A stretch of DNA of 36,092 nt from Polyangiales bacterium (GCA_038230375.1 JBBRNJ010000085.1:1-36092); one strand, 5' to 3'. Shown: positions 25,808 through 35,385, numbered from the stretch's first letter. The notes: generated by a model not told the origin, from the letters alone. Translations and numbers: made by a program.

Positions 25808-27163
25808 GTGCCGACGGATCTCGTCGTCACGCCGCTCGCGGGCATCCTCAAGGGCAGCGTGCCCGTCGCGTCCGACAAGTCCATTGGCCATCGCGCGCTG
25901 CTCTTCGGCGCGCTTGCGAACGGCAAGAGCCGCATCACGGGCTTCTCGTACGGCGAGGACAACAAGAGCACCGCGAGCGCGCTCACCGCGATGGGCATCA
26001 CCGTCGAAGAGACCAGCCCCTCCGAGATCGTCGTCCACGGCAAAGGACTCTTCGGGCTCACGGCGCCGGACAAACCGCTCGATTGCGGCAACTCCGGAAC
26101 CACCATGCGCCTGTTCTCGGGGCTGCTCGCGGCGCAGCCGTTCGACAGCGTGCTCATCGGTGACGCGTCGCTCTCCAAGCGCCCCATGATGCGCGTGGCG
26201 AAGCCGCTTCGTGCACGCGGCGCGAAGATCGATGGAGAGCCGCACTCCACCAAGGAAGGGGAGATCGTGGCGCCGCTGCGGATCACGGGTCTTCGTGACG
26301 ACCAGTTCCTCACCGGCCTGGAGTTCGAGAGCCCCGTCGCCAGTGCGCAGGTGAAGAGCGCGCTGCTCCTCTCCGGGCTCTATGCGCACGGGCCCACGCG
26401 CGTGCGTGAGCCCCATGTCTCGCGCGACCACACGGAGCGCATGATGATGTCGCTCGGGGTGCCGATCAACACGGTGGGGACGCTCGTCGAGATCGACCCC
26501 GAGGGCTGGTCCGGCGAGATGCCCGCGTTCCAGTTGGAGGTGCCTGGAGACATCTCGGCCGCCGCGTTCATGATGGTGGCCGCGGCCATCTGCAAAGGCT
26601 CTCTCGTCACCGTACGTGGCGTTGGCACGAACCCCACGCGCACGGGCATCATCGAGATCATTCGCAACATGGGCGCGGAGGTCCACGTCATCGCGCAGGG
26701 TGAGCGCAGCGGAGAGCCTGTCGCGGACATCTCGGTGACCGCGGCGGACCTGTATGGGCGGCGCATCGGCGGCGAGGTCGTGACGCGCGCGATCGACGAG
26801 ATCCCGATCGTGTGCGCTCTCGCAGCCCGGGCCAGCGGCGTGACGGAGATCTTCGACGCTGCGGAGCTGCGCGTGAAAGAAAGCGACCGCCTCGGAACCA
26901 TGGCGCACGTGTTGTCGTCCTTTGGTGTCGCCGTGGAGGAGCGGCCCGACGGGCTCCTGATCACGGGAAAAGATGGACCGCTCACTGCGTGCGAGATCGA
27001 CAGCAAGGACGACCACCGCATCGCCATGACCGCCACGATTCTAGGTCTGCTTGCGGATGGGCAGACCCTGGTGCGGGACGTCGACTGCATCGCGACCAGC
27101 TTTCCCCGCTTCGTGGGCACGCTCCGGGCGCTGGGCGCGACGATCGAAGCGCGTTCCAGGTAG
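25808..27163 (+). CDS. aroA: 3-phosphoshikimate 1-carboxyvinyltransferase (EPSP synthase)
   Basis: SDKSIGHR, CGNSGTTMRL, ASAQVKS, RDHTE, LRVKESDR, DHRIAM. Confidence 0.96.
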   Translation: MPTDLVVTPLAGILKGSVPVASDKSIGHRALLFGALANGKSRITGFSYGEDNKSTASALTAMGITVEETSPSEIVVHGKGLFGLTAPDKPLDCGNSGTTMRLFSGLLAAQPFDSVLIGDASLSKRPMMRVAKPLRARGAKIDGEPHSTKEGEIVAPLRITGLRDDQFLTGLEFESPVASAQVKSALLLSGLYAHGPTRVREPHVSRDHTERMMMSLGVPINTVGTLVEIDPEGWSGEMPAFQLEVPGDISAAAFMMVAAAICKGSLVTVRGVGTNPTRTGIIEIIRNMGAEVHVIAQGERSGEPVADISVTAADLYGRRIGGEVVTRAIDEIPIVCALAARASGVTEIFDAAELRVKESDRLGTMAHVLSSFGVAVEERPDGLLITGKDGPLTACEIDSKDDHRIAMTATILGLLADGQTLVRDVDCIATSFPRFVGTLRALGATIEARSR

Positions 27164-27203
27164 GGCGTGAAAACCGGCAGGGACTGCGCTAGACACCGAT
27201 CGC

Positions 27204-27896
27204 ATGCGCGCGCGTCCCATCATCGCGATCGACGGCCCGGCCGGGGCCGGTAAGAGCACCGTCGCGCGTCTCGTCGCCGAGAAGCTCGGTTACGTCCTGG
27301 TCGACACTGGCGCCATGTATCGCGCCGTGGCGCTCGCGGCGACGCGGCGCTCGATTCCCTTCGAGAGCGGTGTCGAGGTGGGTGAGGTCGCGCGGTCGCT
27401 CCTGGCCACGCTGTCGTTCATCCGTGGGGAGGACGGCTCCGTGCGCGTGCTCTTCGGTAGCGAGGACGTGTCGCCTCTCATCCGCACGCCCGAGATGTCG
27501 CTCGGCGCGAGCACCGTCTCCGCCCATCCCGACGTGCGCGACGCACTGCTGTCGCTGCAGCGGAACGCCGGAAAGGACGGCGGCGTCGTCCTCGAAGGAC
27601 GCGACATCGGCACGGTCGTGTTCCCCGACGCCGAGGCGAAGTTCTTCCTCACCGCAACGCCGGAGGTCCGCGCGCAGCGTCGCTTCGAGGAGCTGCGCGC
27701 GAAGGCCGACACCTCCATCCGCGCGAGCATCACGTTCGAGCAGACACTCGCCGACGTCCAGAAGCGCGACGCGCAGGACAGCGGAAGGGCCGTGGCGCCG
27801 CTTCGGCCCGCGGACGACGCGACGCTCGTCGATTCGTCCAGCATGAACATCGAAGAGACCGTGGCCTTCATCCTTGCCCGCGTGAAGCGGCCGTGA
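27204..27896 (+). CDS. cmk: Cytidylate kinase
   Basis: IAIDGPAGAGKST, DTGAMYR, EGRDIGTVVFPDA, RD..DS.R..APL. Confidence 0.96.
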   Translation: MRARPIIAIDGPAGAGKSTVARLVAEKLGYVLVDTGAMYRAVALAATRRSIPFESGVEVGEVARSLLATLSFIRGEDGSVRVLFGSEDVSPLIRTPEMSLGASTVSAHPDVRDALLSLQRNAGKDGGVVLEGRDIGTVVFPDAEAKFFLTATPEVRAQRRFEELRAKADTSIRASITFEQTLADVQKRDAQDSGRAVAPLRPADDATLVDSSSMNIEETVAFILARVKRP

Positions 27897-28849
27897 AGCG
27901 GCTCGGGCGTCTTCTCAGAGCGTACACGTCCGCGGCGCTCCTCTCCGCCGGGCTCGCGTGCGGCGCGTTGCTCAGCGCTGGGTGTGGGCCGCCGCCGAAG
28001 CCGCCGCCCGCGGAGCCACAAGGCGCGGCGTGGCAGGATGCCATCGAAGGCAACGAGGCGCTCACTGCCGTGGTGAGGCCCAAGGCGCTCCTTCACGATC
28101 CGGTGTTCGGTCCGCTCTTCCGCGCGGGGCTCGCCGCCACCATGGCGCACGAGGGAAGTACGCCGTCGCTCGACGTGCTGGCGTCCGTGGAGGAGCTGGT
28201 CATCGTGTCGTCCGCCGATCGGCGCATCGGGACCATGCTCGTGCTCTCCGGGGTGCCCGCGGAGAAGTCACCGGATCGCGTGGGCGACGATCGCGGGCAG
28301 TCGTTGTTCCAGAAGGGCGCGGAGGCCCGGAACGTCAGCGAATACGTGAGCACGCGCGGCGGCGAGGTGTCGCTGTTCGTGCTGCCGCACCGCACCTGGG
28401 TCATCGCCAGTGACGGCATGCAGAAGCGCGCGCGGCAGGTGTTCGCGAATCCTACGGGGCGCCCGCTCCCCAGCTATGGCGACGAGAAGGCGCTCGCCAT
28501 CATCCGCATCGACGCCACGGAGCTCCTCAAGGGCCGGCCACGTCAGCATGGCGCGCTCGCGGCCGTCACCGAGAAGCTCGACGCCGTGATCGCGGAGCTC
28601 TTGCCCGACAAGAAGGGCGTGAACGTCATCGTTCGTTACAAGAACGACGACCAGGCCGGCTTCTCCGCCCTCGCGCTCGAGGAGATCAAGAAGCGCCTCG
28701 TCGCAGATCCCAGCCGGCGCTTCGGGTGGCTCGGCACGGCCACCATCGCGCGTGAGGGAAATCGGGACGTGCGCATCCACGTGGAGTTGCCGCCGGATCT
28801 CGCCGAGCAGCTGCGCCGCGCATCACCGCAGGATCTGATCAACTTGTAG
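27893..28849 (+). CDS. Hypothetical lipoprotein
   Basis: GTGA overlap with the cmk stop; signal peptide with SAGC lipobox followed by a Pro-rich linker. Confidence 0.75.
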   Translation: MKRLGRLLRAYTSAALLSAGLACGALLSAGCGPPPKPPPAEPQGAAWQDAIEGNEALTAVVRPKALLHDPVFGPLFRAGLAATMAHEGSTPSLDVLASVEELVIVSSADRRIGTMLVLSGVPAEKSPDRVGDDRGQSLFQKGAEARNVSEYVSTRGGEVSLFVLPHRTWVIASDGMQKRARQVFANPTGRPLPSYGDEKALAIIRIDATELLKGRPRQHGALAAVTEKLDAVIAELLPDKKGVNVIVRYKNDDQAGFSALALEEIKKRLVADPSRRFGWLGTATIAREGNRDVRIHVELPPDLAEQLRRASPQDLINL

Positions 28850-29213
28850 ACTGCACGCGTCGTGCGAGCGTCGCGGCGCAGAGCGCGCATAGCAACGGAG
28901 CCAGCACATCTGCGGCGGCACGCAGCTCGACGTCGCCACGGCTCTCGATGACGCGCGGCCTTGGAGTGTCCTCGATGGTCGCGAGCGCCCTGCCGGTCTC
29001 GAGGTCGATGGAGAAGCTGCGAAGGCGCGCGCCCTTCTCCCTGTCGGTGAACCACTTCACGATGTCGCTGGCGGCGCCGAGCACCCGCGTTGCGTCGTCG
29101 CCGCGCAGGTCCACGCCGGGCCCGGCGAACGGGCAGCCGAGCGCATCCGTCGCGGGGACGATGCGTACGTGCGTGTCCGCGAAGCGCAGCTTGAACGAGC
29201 GAAGCCGTATCAT
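28839..29213 (-). CDS. Hypothetical protein downstream of parB
   Basis: Strong SD AGGAGG overlapping the parB stop; fills the gap; internal LRSF repeat. Confidence 0.7.
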   Translation of the reverse strand: MIRLRSFKLRFADTHVRIVPATDALGCPFAGPGVDLRGDDATRVLGAASDIVKWFTDREKGARLRSFSIDLETGRALATIEDTPRPRVIESRGDVELRAAADVLAPLLCALCAATLARRVQSTS

Positions 29214-29228
29214 TCGAGCGTGCCCCTC

Positions 29229-30104
29229 CTACAGGAGCTTCGCGAGCAAGCGATCGAGCGCGTCCAGGTCTGCGTAGGGGATCGCGATCTCTCCCTTGCC
29301 GCCCTTGTCGCGGACGTCGATCTTGGTGCCTAGCTTGCGCCCGAGTCGGGTCTCCAGATCGCGCACGGAGGCGGTCTTCGTGGTCGCGTTCTTGTCCGCG
29401 CCCTTGCCGTTCTTGCCGGCCTTGTTTCCGCGGACCAGCTCCTCCGTCTGGCGCACGTTGAGCTGACCGCGGATGACCTTCTCCGCGAGCTCCTCGATCG
29501 TCTTCGCGTCTTGCGCGCCCAGCAGCGCTCGCGCGTGCCCCTCGCTCAGCTCACCGGTGATGATGCGCGCGCGCACCCGCGGCGGCAGCTTGAGGAGGCG
29601 CAGGTTGTTGGTGATGGTGGAGCGATCCTTCTTGAGCTTCTCACCGAGCGCGTCCTGCGTGTAGCCGTGCTCCTTGACGAGGCGATCGAGCGCCTCCGCC
29701 AGCTCCACGGGGTTCAGGTCCTCGCGCTGGATGTTCTCCACCAGCGCGAGCTCGAACGCGGCCTTTGGCGACACGTCCTTCACGACGACGAGCACCTCGT
29801 GGAGGCCCGCCTTCTGCGACGCCCGGAAGCGGCGCTCGCCCGCGATGATCTCGAACTTGTCCGGCGCTCCCGGCGCACGGCGCACCACGAGCGGCTCCAG
29901 CAGGCCGTGCTCCTTGATGCTGGCGCTGAGCTCGTCGAGCGCCTTCTTGTCGAAGTGCTGACGCGGCTGGCCCTTCTGGGCAACGAGCTTCTCTATCGGA
30001 CAAAGGAAGACGCTCTTGTCGCCGTAGGTCGCGGCGGCGCGCGTGGGCGCTTGCGGCAACAGTGCGTCGAGCCCACGTCCGAGCGCGCGCTTCTTCTCGA
30101 TCAC
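29229..30104 (-). CDS. parB: Chromosome partitioning protein ParB
   Basis: Start moved to GTG 30104 (GTGA overlap with parA); KRALGRGLDALL, QPR, IIAGERRFRA, ENIQREDL, HTH, LSEGHARALL. Confidence 0.95.
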   Translation of the reverse strand: MIEKKRALGRGLDALLPQAPTRAAATYGDKSVFLCPIEKLVAQKGQPRQHFDKKALDELSASIKEHGLLEPLVVRRAPGAPDKFEIIAGERRFRASQKAGLHEVLVVVKDVSPKAAFELALVENIQREDLNPVELAEALDRLVKEHGYTQDALGEKLKKDRSTITNNLRLLKLPPRVRARIITGELSEGHARALLGAQDAKTIEELAEKVIRGQLNVRQTEELVRGNKAGKNGKGADKNATTKTASVRDLETRLGRKLGTKIDVRDKGGKGEIAIPYADLDALDRLLAKLL

Positions 30105-30925
30105 GCGCGGGCTCCTTCGCGGACCTTCTGGCCCGCATCCAGCTTCTCGTGACGCTTGATGAGCTCGCGCGCGAGCGCCAGGTACCCCTGCGAGCCCTTC
30201 GACTGCACGTCGTACAAGATGACGGGCTTGCCGTGCGACGGTGCCTCCGAGAGGCGCACGTTCCGCGGGATGACGGAGTCGAAGACGAAGAAATGGTTCT
30301 TCACCTCGTCCGCGACCTGGTGCGCCAGGTTGTTTCGCGGATCGAACATGGTGAGGACGATGCCCTCGACGTCGAGGTTCTTGTTGATGCCGTTCTTCAC
30401 GCGGTCGATCGTGGCCATGAGGTGCGTGAGCCCCTCCAGCGCGTAGTACTCGCACTGCAACGGCACCAGTACGCGGTCCGCCGCTGCGAGCGCATTCACG
30501 GTGAGCAGCCCGAGCGACGGCGGGCAGTCGATGAAGATGTAGTCGTAGTCCGAGCGCACGTGCTCCAGCAGGTTGCGGAGGCGGTTCGCACGGTCGGCCT
30601 CGTCCACGAGCTCGATCTCGGCAGCGACGAGATCCTGGGTGGCGGGCGCAACGAAGAGGTGAGGCACCTCGGTCGGGCAGATGATCTCCGCGAACGTCGC
30701 GCGGCCGATGAGTGCATCATACACGGTCTTTTCGCGCGTGCCGCCGCGCACGCCGACGCCAGAGCTGGCGTTGCCCTGCGGGTCCATGTCCACGAGCAGC
30801 GTGCGCTTCTCCGCCGCCGCGACGCTGGCCGCGAGGTTCACCGCAGTCGTCGTCTTTCCGACGCCGCCTTTCTGGTTCACCACGCAGATCACGCGCGTCT
30901 TCTTCGTTGCGGTCTTGAGCGCCAT
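30101..30925 (-). CDS. parA: Chromosome partitioning ATPase ParA/Soj
   Basis: Start moved to ATG 30925; NQKGGVGKTT, DMDPQGN, IDCPPSLG, QCEYYALEG, IPRNVRLSEAPSHG. Confidence 0.95.
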   Translation of the reverse strand: MALKTATKKTRVICVVNQKGGVGKTTTAVNLAASVAAAEKRTLLVDMDPQGNASSGVGVRGGTREKTVYDALIGRATFAEIICPTEVPHLFVAPATQDLVAAEIELVDEADRANRLRNLLEHVRSDYDYIFIDCPPSLGLLTVNALAAADRVLVPLQCEYYALEGLTHLMATIDRVKNGINKNLDVEGIVLTMFDPRNNLAHQVADEVKNHFFVFDSVIPRNVRLSEAPSHGKPVILYDVQSKGSQGYLALARELIKRHEKLDAGQKVREGARA

Positions 30926-31040
30926 CGGGACCAGCCGTTTTATTCGCGCGCGACATCCATCGCAACCCGCGACGGTCATGCTCACACCGAACACCCTCGA
31001 TTGGCGGGGGGTCGTCAGCGCACGCCGTCGGACCCACTCG

Positions 31041-31089
31041 CAAAAAAACACTTGCATTTTTTGGTGGTTCGGAACCGACGTAGTACGGT
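31041..31089 (+). promoter_or_regulatory. AT-rich control region divergent from parA
   Basis: Inverted repeat CAAAAAA-N9-TTTTTTG (31041-31063); TTGGTG-17 bp-TACGGT (31061-31089) with GGTTC-G-GAACC in the spacer. Confidence 0.45.
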
Positions 31090-31165
31090 GTCGTTAGATG
31101 TAGGACAACGAAGACGCCGCAGAGATGCGGTGGTCGCGGGGTCACTCATCCACGTGAACCATCCC

Positions 31166-31351
31166 ATGCGAAAGCAACTAGCCCGCGCCCTCATTGTCTC
31201 GTTCGACGGCTCCGTCGAGCGCGTCCTCGAGCGGAGGTTCTGGGCATCGCCGAGCGTGGACGCGATGGGCACGGTCACGGAGCTTCGGCCTTCTTCGACG
31301 TCACCGACCGAGAGCGTGTCGGGCGAAGACGGGATCAGCCGAGCCGAGTGA
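31166..31351 (+). CDS. Putative 61-aa small protein
   Basis: MRKQLARALIVSFDGSVERVLERRFW...; 50 of 61 codons end in G/C by manual count; no clear SD. Confidence 0.45.
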   Translation: MRKQLARALIVSFDGSVERVLERRFWASPSVDAMGTVTELRPSSTSPTESVSGEDGISRAE

Positions 31352-31466
31352 GCACGTGCTCCGCGAGAGCGGGGCACTTCCGAAAGCACCTACCGAAGCG
31401 CGGCGCGCTGGCGCCGTGAGCCGTCTCTTTTTCTCTTCGACCCCTTTTGCGACCGAGGACTCACCC

Positions 31467-31658
31467 ATGGCCGTTCCCAAGAACTACCGAAGCATCGAAG
31501 ACTTTCAGCGCGAAGAGCTGCGCCCGCAGTTCAAGGTCGGGTTCTCCTACGAGGACCTGATGCAAGAGACGACGTTCGAGGGTCAGAGTGATCTGCTCTT
31601 CGACGACACGTACGACGAGTACGACCCCAAGAACAAAGACGAAGACGACGACGATTGA
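31467..31658 (+). CDS. 63-aa highly acidic small protein
   Basis: SD GAGGA; MAVPKNYRSIEDFQREELRP...DEDDDD; 20 of 63 residues are D/E; codon usage like host genes. Confidence 0.8.
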   Translation: MAVPKNYRSIEDFQREELRPQFKVGFSYEDLMQETTFEGQSDLLFDDTYDEYDPKNKDEDDDD

Positions 31659-31777
31659 GACTGAAGACGCGCGCGCACGCGCAGATACTTTTTCGCTTAT
31701 TGCCCTCGTGCCCGCACTCCGTCGCTCTTGCGATGCGTGTCGGCCCGGGGGCTTCTTTTTTGCGCTAACATCGCTCG

Positions 31778-33010
31778 ATGGTGAGGCGCGCTTCCGTCGG
31801 TCTGGGATTGCTCGTGGTGCTCGGCGCGTGCCGCGGCGTGTTTGGCATCGATGACAACGCTCCACTGCTCACCGACGATGGCGGCGCGGAGGGCGGCCTC
31901 GCGGACGGCGCCGTCGCATCGGACGCCGCGGGCACGGACGCCAACACCAGCAAGGACGCCTCCTTCGACGCCGGCAAGGACGCCGGGCCGTCGCTCTGTC
32001 CGGGGCCCGCCGCGATCTGTCAGCCGCAGACCGTGGTCACGGGCCTGCTGTCGCCCGGCCAGCTTGGCGTGATGGGAACGCGGGTGGCGTTCCGCGAGCA
32101 CGCAAAGATCGACGGCGGCAAGGTCTCCGCCGTGCGCGTCTACGATCCGGCGGGTGCGTGCGGCAAGGGCAGCTGTCTGCCCACCGTCACCACAGGGCCG
32201 GACAACTACACGCGCCTCGCCACGAACGCCGCGCATATCTGCTTCACGAGCGAGTCGTACGCGTCGGCTGAATACATCACGTGCAAGAAGACCGACGCGG
32301 CGTTCACGGACGAGCGCACCGTCCTTGGCGAGACCTGGTTCTACCAGGCGGAGTTCGTGGAGACGGACACGCTGCTCTTCGGGGCGCCCGTCACCTCCAG
32401 CACGCGCGCAGTGAAGTCGCTCATTCCCACGGACCTGAGCCCCGTGTCCAAGGCCGTCAGCAATCTCCTGGGCACCGTCGACTACGTGGCGGCGAACGCC
32501 GACCCCAACTCGATGTGGGTCGGCTGGGTGGACTCGCTGGAGCCCGGCGCCAACGATCACGTCGGCGCGCGCAACGTGCTCGTCCAGGCGGCCTCCGCCT
32601 TCACGCCACAGAACGAGGTGGTGAGCCTCACGACCGTCGACGACAACATCGTGTGGGCCACGATGTACGAGATCCGCCTGTCCCGCTACACGGCCGGCGG
32701 GCTCGGGACTGCGCTCCCTGCTTCGTTCTACGCGACGTGCGACCCGGGCATCGACCCCGTCTACAAGAGCATCGCGCGTGCGCCCAATGCCGTCGTCGCG
32801 ATCGAGGGCTGCAGCATCCCGGGCTCACTCGGCTCGAAGCTCACGCTCTACCCGCTTGATGGCTCCCAACCGCTGCTGCTCGCCACCGCGATCTCGTCGC
32901 TCACGTCCGCCGTCGTGCTCGGTGATTATGTGTATTATACAATCGGCCGGCTGAACGCAGACCTCACCGACGTACCGACCGAGGAGCTTCGCAGGGTCCG
33001 GTTCCGCTGA
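31778..33010 (+). CDS. Hypothetical Cys-containing lipoprotein
   Basis: Lipobox LGAC; DGG/DAG linker; beta-rich body; TAACAT 6 nt before the ATG. Confidence 0.78.
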   Translation: MVRRASVGLGLLVVLGACRGVFGIDDNAPLLTDDGGAEGGLADGAVASDAAGTDANTSKDASFDAGKDAGPSLCPGPAAICQPQTVVTGLLSPGQLGVMGTRVAFREHAKIDGGKVSAVRVYDPAGACGKGSCLPTVTTGPDNYTRLATNAAHICFTSESYASAEYITCKKTDAAFTDERTVLGETWFYQAEFVETDTLLFGAPVTSSTRAVKSLIPTDLSPVSKAVSNLLGTVDYVAANADPNSMWVGWVDSLEPGANDHVGARNVLVQAASAFTPQNEVVSLTTVDDNIVWATMYEIRLSRYTAGGLGTALPASFYATCDPGIDPVYKSIARAPNAVVAIEGCSIPGSLGSKLTLYPLDGSQPLLLATAISSLTSAVVLGDYVYYTIGRLNADLTDVPTEELRRVRFR

Positions 33011-33039
33011 GGCGATGGCCAGAGGCGAGAACTTTTTTC

Positions 33040-33060
33040 GCTGCTTGACCCACGAGCAGC
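33040..33060 (+). terminator. Hairpin after the lipoprotein gene, possible terminator
   Basis: GCTGCTTG-ACCCA-CGAGCAGC 8-bp stem; weak U-tract. Confidence 0.3.
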
Positions 33061-33102
33061 CTTGGATTCGCGGGGCAGTCCGTTTATAGCTTGCGGTCCG
33101 TC

Positions 33103-34518
33103 ATGCAAGTCACAGTCTCACGCATCTCACCGGTCGTGATGGAGCTCGCCGTGGAAGTCCCGGTCGAGACCGTCAAACAAGAAGTCGAAAAGGCGTACGT
33201 CACGCTCAGCAAGCGCGCCCACATCAAGGGGTTCCGCCCCGGGAAGGCGCCGCGCGACGTGCTGAAGCGGCTGTTCGGGTCGCAGGTCTCGAACGACGTC
33301 GCTCAGAGCATCGTGCAGAACACGTTGCCCAAGGCGCTCTCGGAGAAGAACGTCACGCCCATCTCGCAGCCCGCCGTGGAAGCCGGCGTGGTCGGCGTGG
33401 ACGCGGTGTTCGCCTACAAGGCGCGCTTCGAGGTCCAGCCAGAGATCGAGACCGTCAAGTTCGAGGGCTTCGAGCTCTACCGCCCGAAGGTCCAGGTCGA
33501 CGAGAAGCAGGTCGAGGAGCAGCTCGAGGGCTTGCGTCAGCGGCACGCGCAGCTGAAGGCGCCCGAGCCTGCGCGCGAGGCGAAGGCGGGTGACGTGGTC
33601 ACCATCGACTTCACGCTCTCGGTGGACGGCAAGGAGATCAAGGACGGCGGCGGGCAGGGCATCCAGCTCGAGCTCGGCGCAGGTCAGGCTCTTCCGGAGC
33701 TGGACGTCGCGCTCAGCGGCAAGAAGGCCGGCGACAAGGTCACCGCCGAGGCGAAGTTCGCGGACAACCACCCGCGCGCCGACTTCCGCGGCAAGACCGG
33801 CACGTTCCACACGAGCATCACGGATCTGAAGGAGAAGGTCCTTCCCGTGCTCGACGACGAGTTCGCGAAGGACGTCGGCTCGTTCACCACGTTGATCGAG
33901 CTGCGCGCGGACATCCACACGAAGCTCGAGAAGGCCGCGAAGGATCGCGCGGAGACGGCGCTCGCGGAGCAGATCGTCACCAAGCTCAACGAGAACAACT
34001 CATGCGACGTTCCCCCGAGCCTGGTCCAGCAGCAGTGCCAGATCATGGAGCAGGAGATCGTGATGCAGGCGCGCCGCGCCGGTCAGCGCATCTCGCAGGA
34101 GCAGGGCCAGGTGCTGCACGCGAGCATCCTCGCGGACGCAGAGCGCAAGGTCCGCGCGGGCCTGCTCATGGCCGCCATCGCCAGGAAGCACGAGTTCAAG
34201 GTCAATGACGAGGACATCGAGAAGGGCCTCGCAGAGCTCGCTGAGGAGACGGGGAAGAACGTCGCCAAGCTGCGCGCTGAGTACAGGGCCAAGGACAAGC
34301 GCGATATCCTCATCGGCATGATCCTGGAGGACAAGATCCTGGATTTCGTGGAATCGAAGTCCAAGATCCTTGACGGCGACCCCCCGGCTCCCAAGGCTTC
34401 GGAGGAGAAGGCTCCCGAGAAGGCTTCGGAGGAGAAGGCTCCCACGAAGGCCTCAGAGGAAAAGGCTTCTCCGGAGAAGACTTCCAAAGAGAAGCCCGCA
34501 AAAGCCGAGAAGAAGTAA
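33103..34518 (+). CDS. tig: Trigger factor
   Basis: Start moved to ATG 33103; [10 protein letters not shown] ribosome-binding motif, FKBP-like [15 protein letters not shown]; precedes clpP. Confidence 0.95.
   Translation: MQVTVSRISPVVMELAVEVPVETVKQEVEKAYVTLSKRAHIKGFRPGKAPRDVLKRLFGSQVSNDVAQSIVQNTLPKALSEKNVTPISQPAVEAGVVGVDAVFAYKARFEVQPEIETVKFEGFELYRPKVQVDEKQVEEQLEGLRQRHAQLKAPEPAREAKAGDVVTIDFTLSVDGKEIKDGGGQGIQLELGAGQALPELDVALSGKKAGDKVTAEAKFADNHPRADFRGKTGTFHTSITDLKEKVLPVLDDEFAKDVGSFTTLIELRADIHTKLEKAAKDRAETALAEQIVTKLNENNSCDVPPSLVQQQCQIMEQEIVMQARRAGQRISQEQGQVLHASILADAERKVRAGLLMAAIARKHEFKVNDEDIEKGLAELAEETGKNVAKLRAEYRAKDKRDILIGMILEDKILDFVESKSKILDGDPPAPKASEEKAPEKASEEKAPTKASEEKASPEKTSKEKPAKAEKK
34393..34476 (+). 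repeat. 27-bp repeat x3 encoding KASEEKAP(E/T) at the tig C-terminus
   Basis: AAGGCTTCGGAGGAGAAGGCTCCC at 34393 and 34420, diverged third copy at 34447. Confidence 0.85.
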
Positions 34519-34594
34519 ATCCCACGCGCCACTGCGACGTACCTCACTCAGGGGTCGTCGCGGGGGGCCGCAAGCGAAGACCAAGGAAGAATCC

Positions 34595-35293
34595 ATGAAA
34601 CGTCCCGAAACGCGCGCGCAGGCACTGGACATCCTCGAGAGGGAGTCGACACGTTCGTTCATCCCGTACCCCACTGTCGTGGAGACCACGCACCGCGGCG
34701 AGCGCAACTGGGACATCTTCAGCCGGCTCCTCAAGGACCGGATCGTCTTCCTGGGCACCGAGATCAACGACGACGTCGCGAACATCATCATCGCCCAGTT
34801 CCTGTTCCTCGAGAGCGAGGATCCGGACAAGGAGGTGATGCTCTACATCAACTCTCCAGGCGGCGTTGTCTACAGCGGTCTCGCCATCTTCGACACCATG
34901 CAGCACGTGCGTTGTTCGGTTTCGACGACGTGTCTCGGCATGGCGGCGAGCATGGGCTCCGTGCTCCTCGCAGCAGGCCAGAAGGGCAAGCGCTACGCGC
35001 TCCCGAACGCCCGCATCATGATTCACCAGCCGCACGGCGGCGCACGCGGTCAGGCCTCGGACATCGAGATCCAGGCGCGCGAGATCAAGCACCTCAAGTC
35101 GGTGCTCGCGGAGATCCTCATCAACGCGACCGGCAAGCCGCGCGCGGACATCGAGAAGGACATGGATCGTGACTTCTACCTCGGCGCTGCCGCGGCGAAG
35201 GAATACGGTCTGATCGATCAGGTCATGACGCCCCCCAAGAAGGGCGGCGAAGGCAAGGACGGCAAGGACAGCAAGGACAGCAAGGACAAGTAG
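34595..35293 (+). CDS. clpP: ATP-dependent Clp protease proteolytic subunit
   Basis: Start moved to ATG 34595 (AAGGA); [34 protein letters not shown]. Confidence 0.96.
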   Translation: MKRPETRAQALDILERESTRSFIPYPTVVETTHRGERNWDIFSRLLKDRIVFLGTEINDDVANIIIAQFLFLESEDPDKEVMLYINSPGGVVYSGLAIFDTMQHVRCSVSTTCLGMAASMGSVLLAAGQKGKRYALPNARIMIHQPHGGARGQASDIEIQAREIKHLKSVLAEILINATGKPRADIEKDMDRDFYLGAAAAKEYGLIDQVMTPPKKGGEGKDGKDSKDSKDK

Positions 35294-35332
35294 ACACGGG
35301 GCGTCGGAGGCCAGGCTGGAAATGCCACAAGC

Positions 35333-35361
35333 TTGCGAGAACTGGCCACGAAGTCTACAGT
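35333..35361 (+). promoter_or_regulatory. sigma70-type promoter of clpX
   Basis: TTGCGA, 17 bp, TACAGT. Confidence 0.6.
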
Positions 35362-35385
35362 TTGTGAGCGGCAGTGGGTCGCTGC

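Noticed and set aside
1941..27016. Long antisense or alternate-frame ORFs (e.g. 1941-3710, 11076-12668, 12714-14285, 17547-19580, 24482-27016)
   Set aside because: Shadow frames of real genes in high-GC DNA; Arg/Ala-rich with no recognisable motifs.
30105..30455. Apparent N-terminal extension on ParB
   Set aside because: It lies inside parA in another frame; GTG 30104 gives the canonical LGRGL start and a GTGA overlap.
31743..31761. Terminator after the acidic small protein
   Set aside because: A T-run is present but the stem is only about 3 bp.
33011..33102. tRNA upstream of tig
   Set aside because: No cloverleaf, T-loop GTTCRA or CCA end visible.
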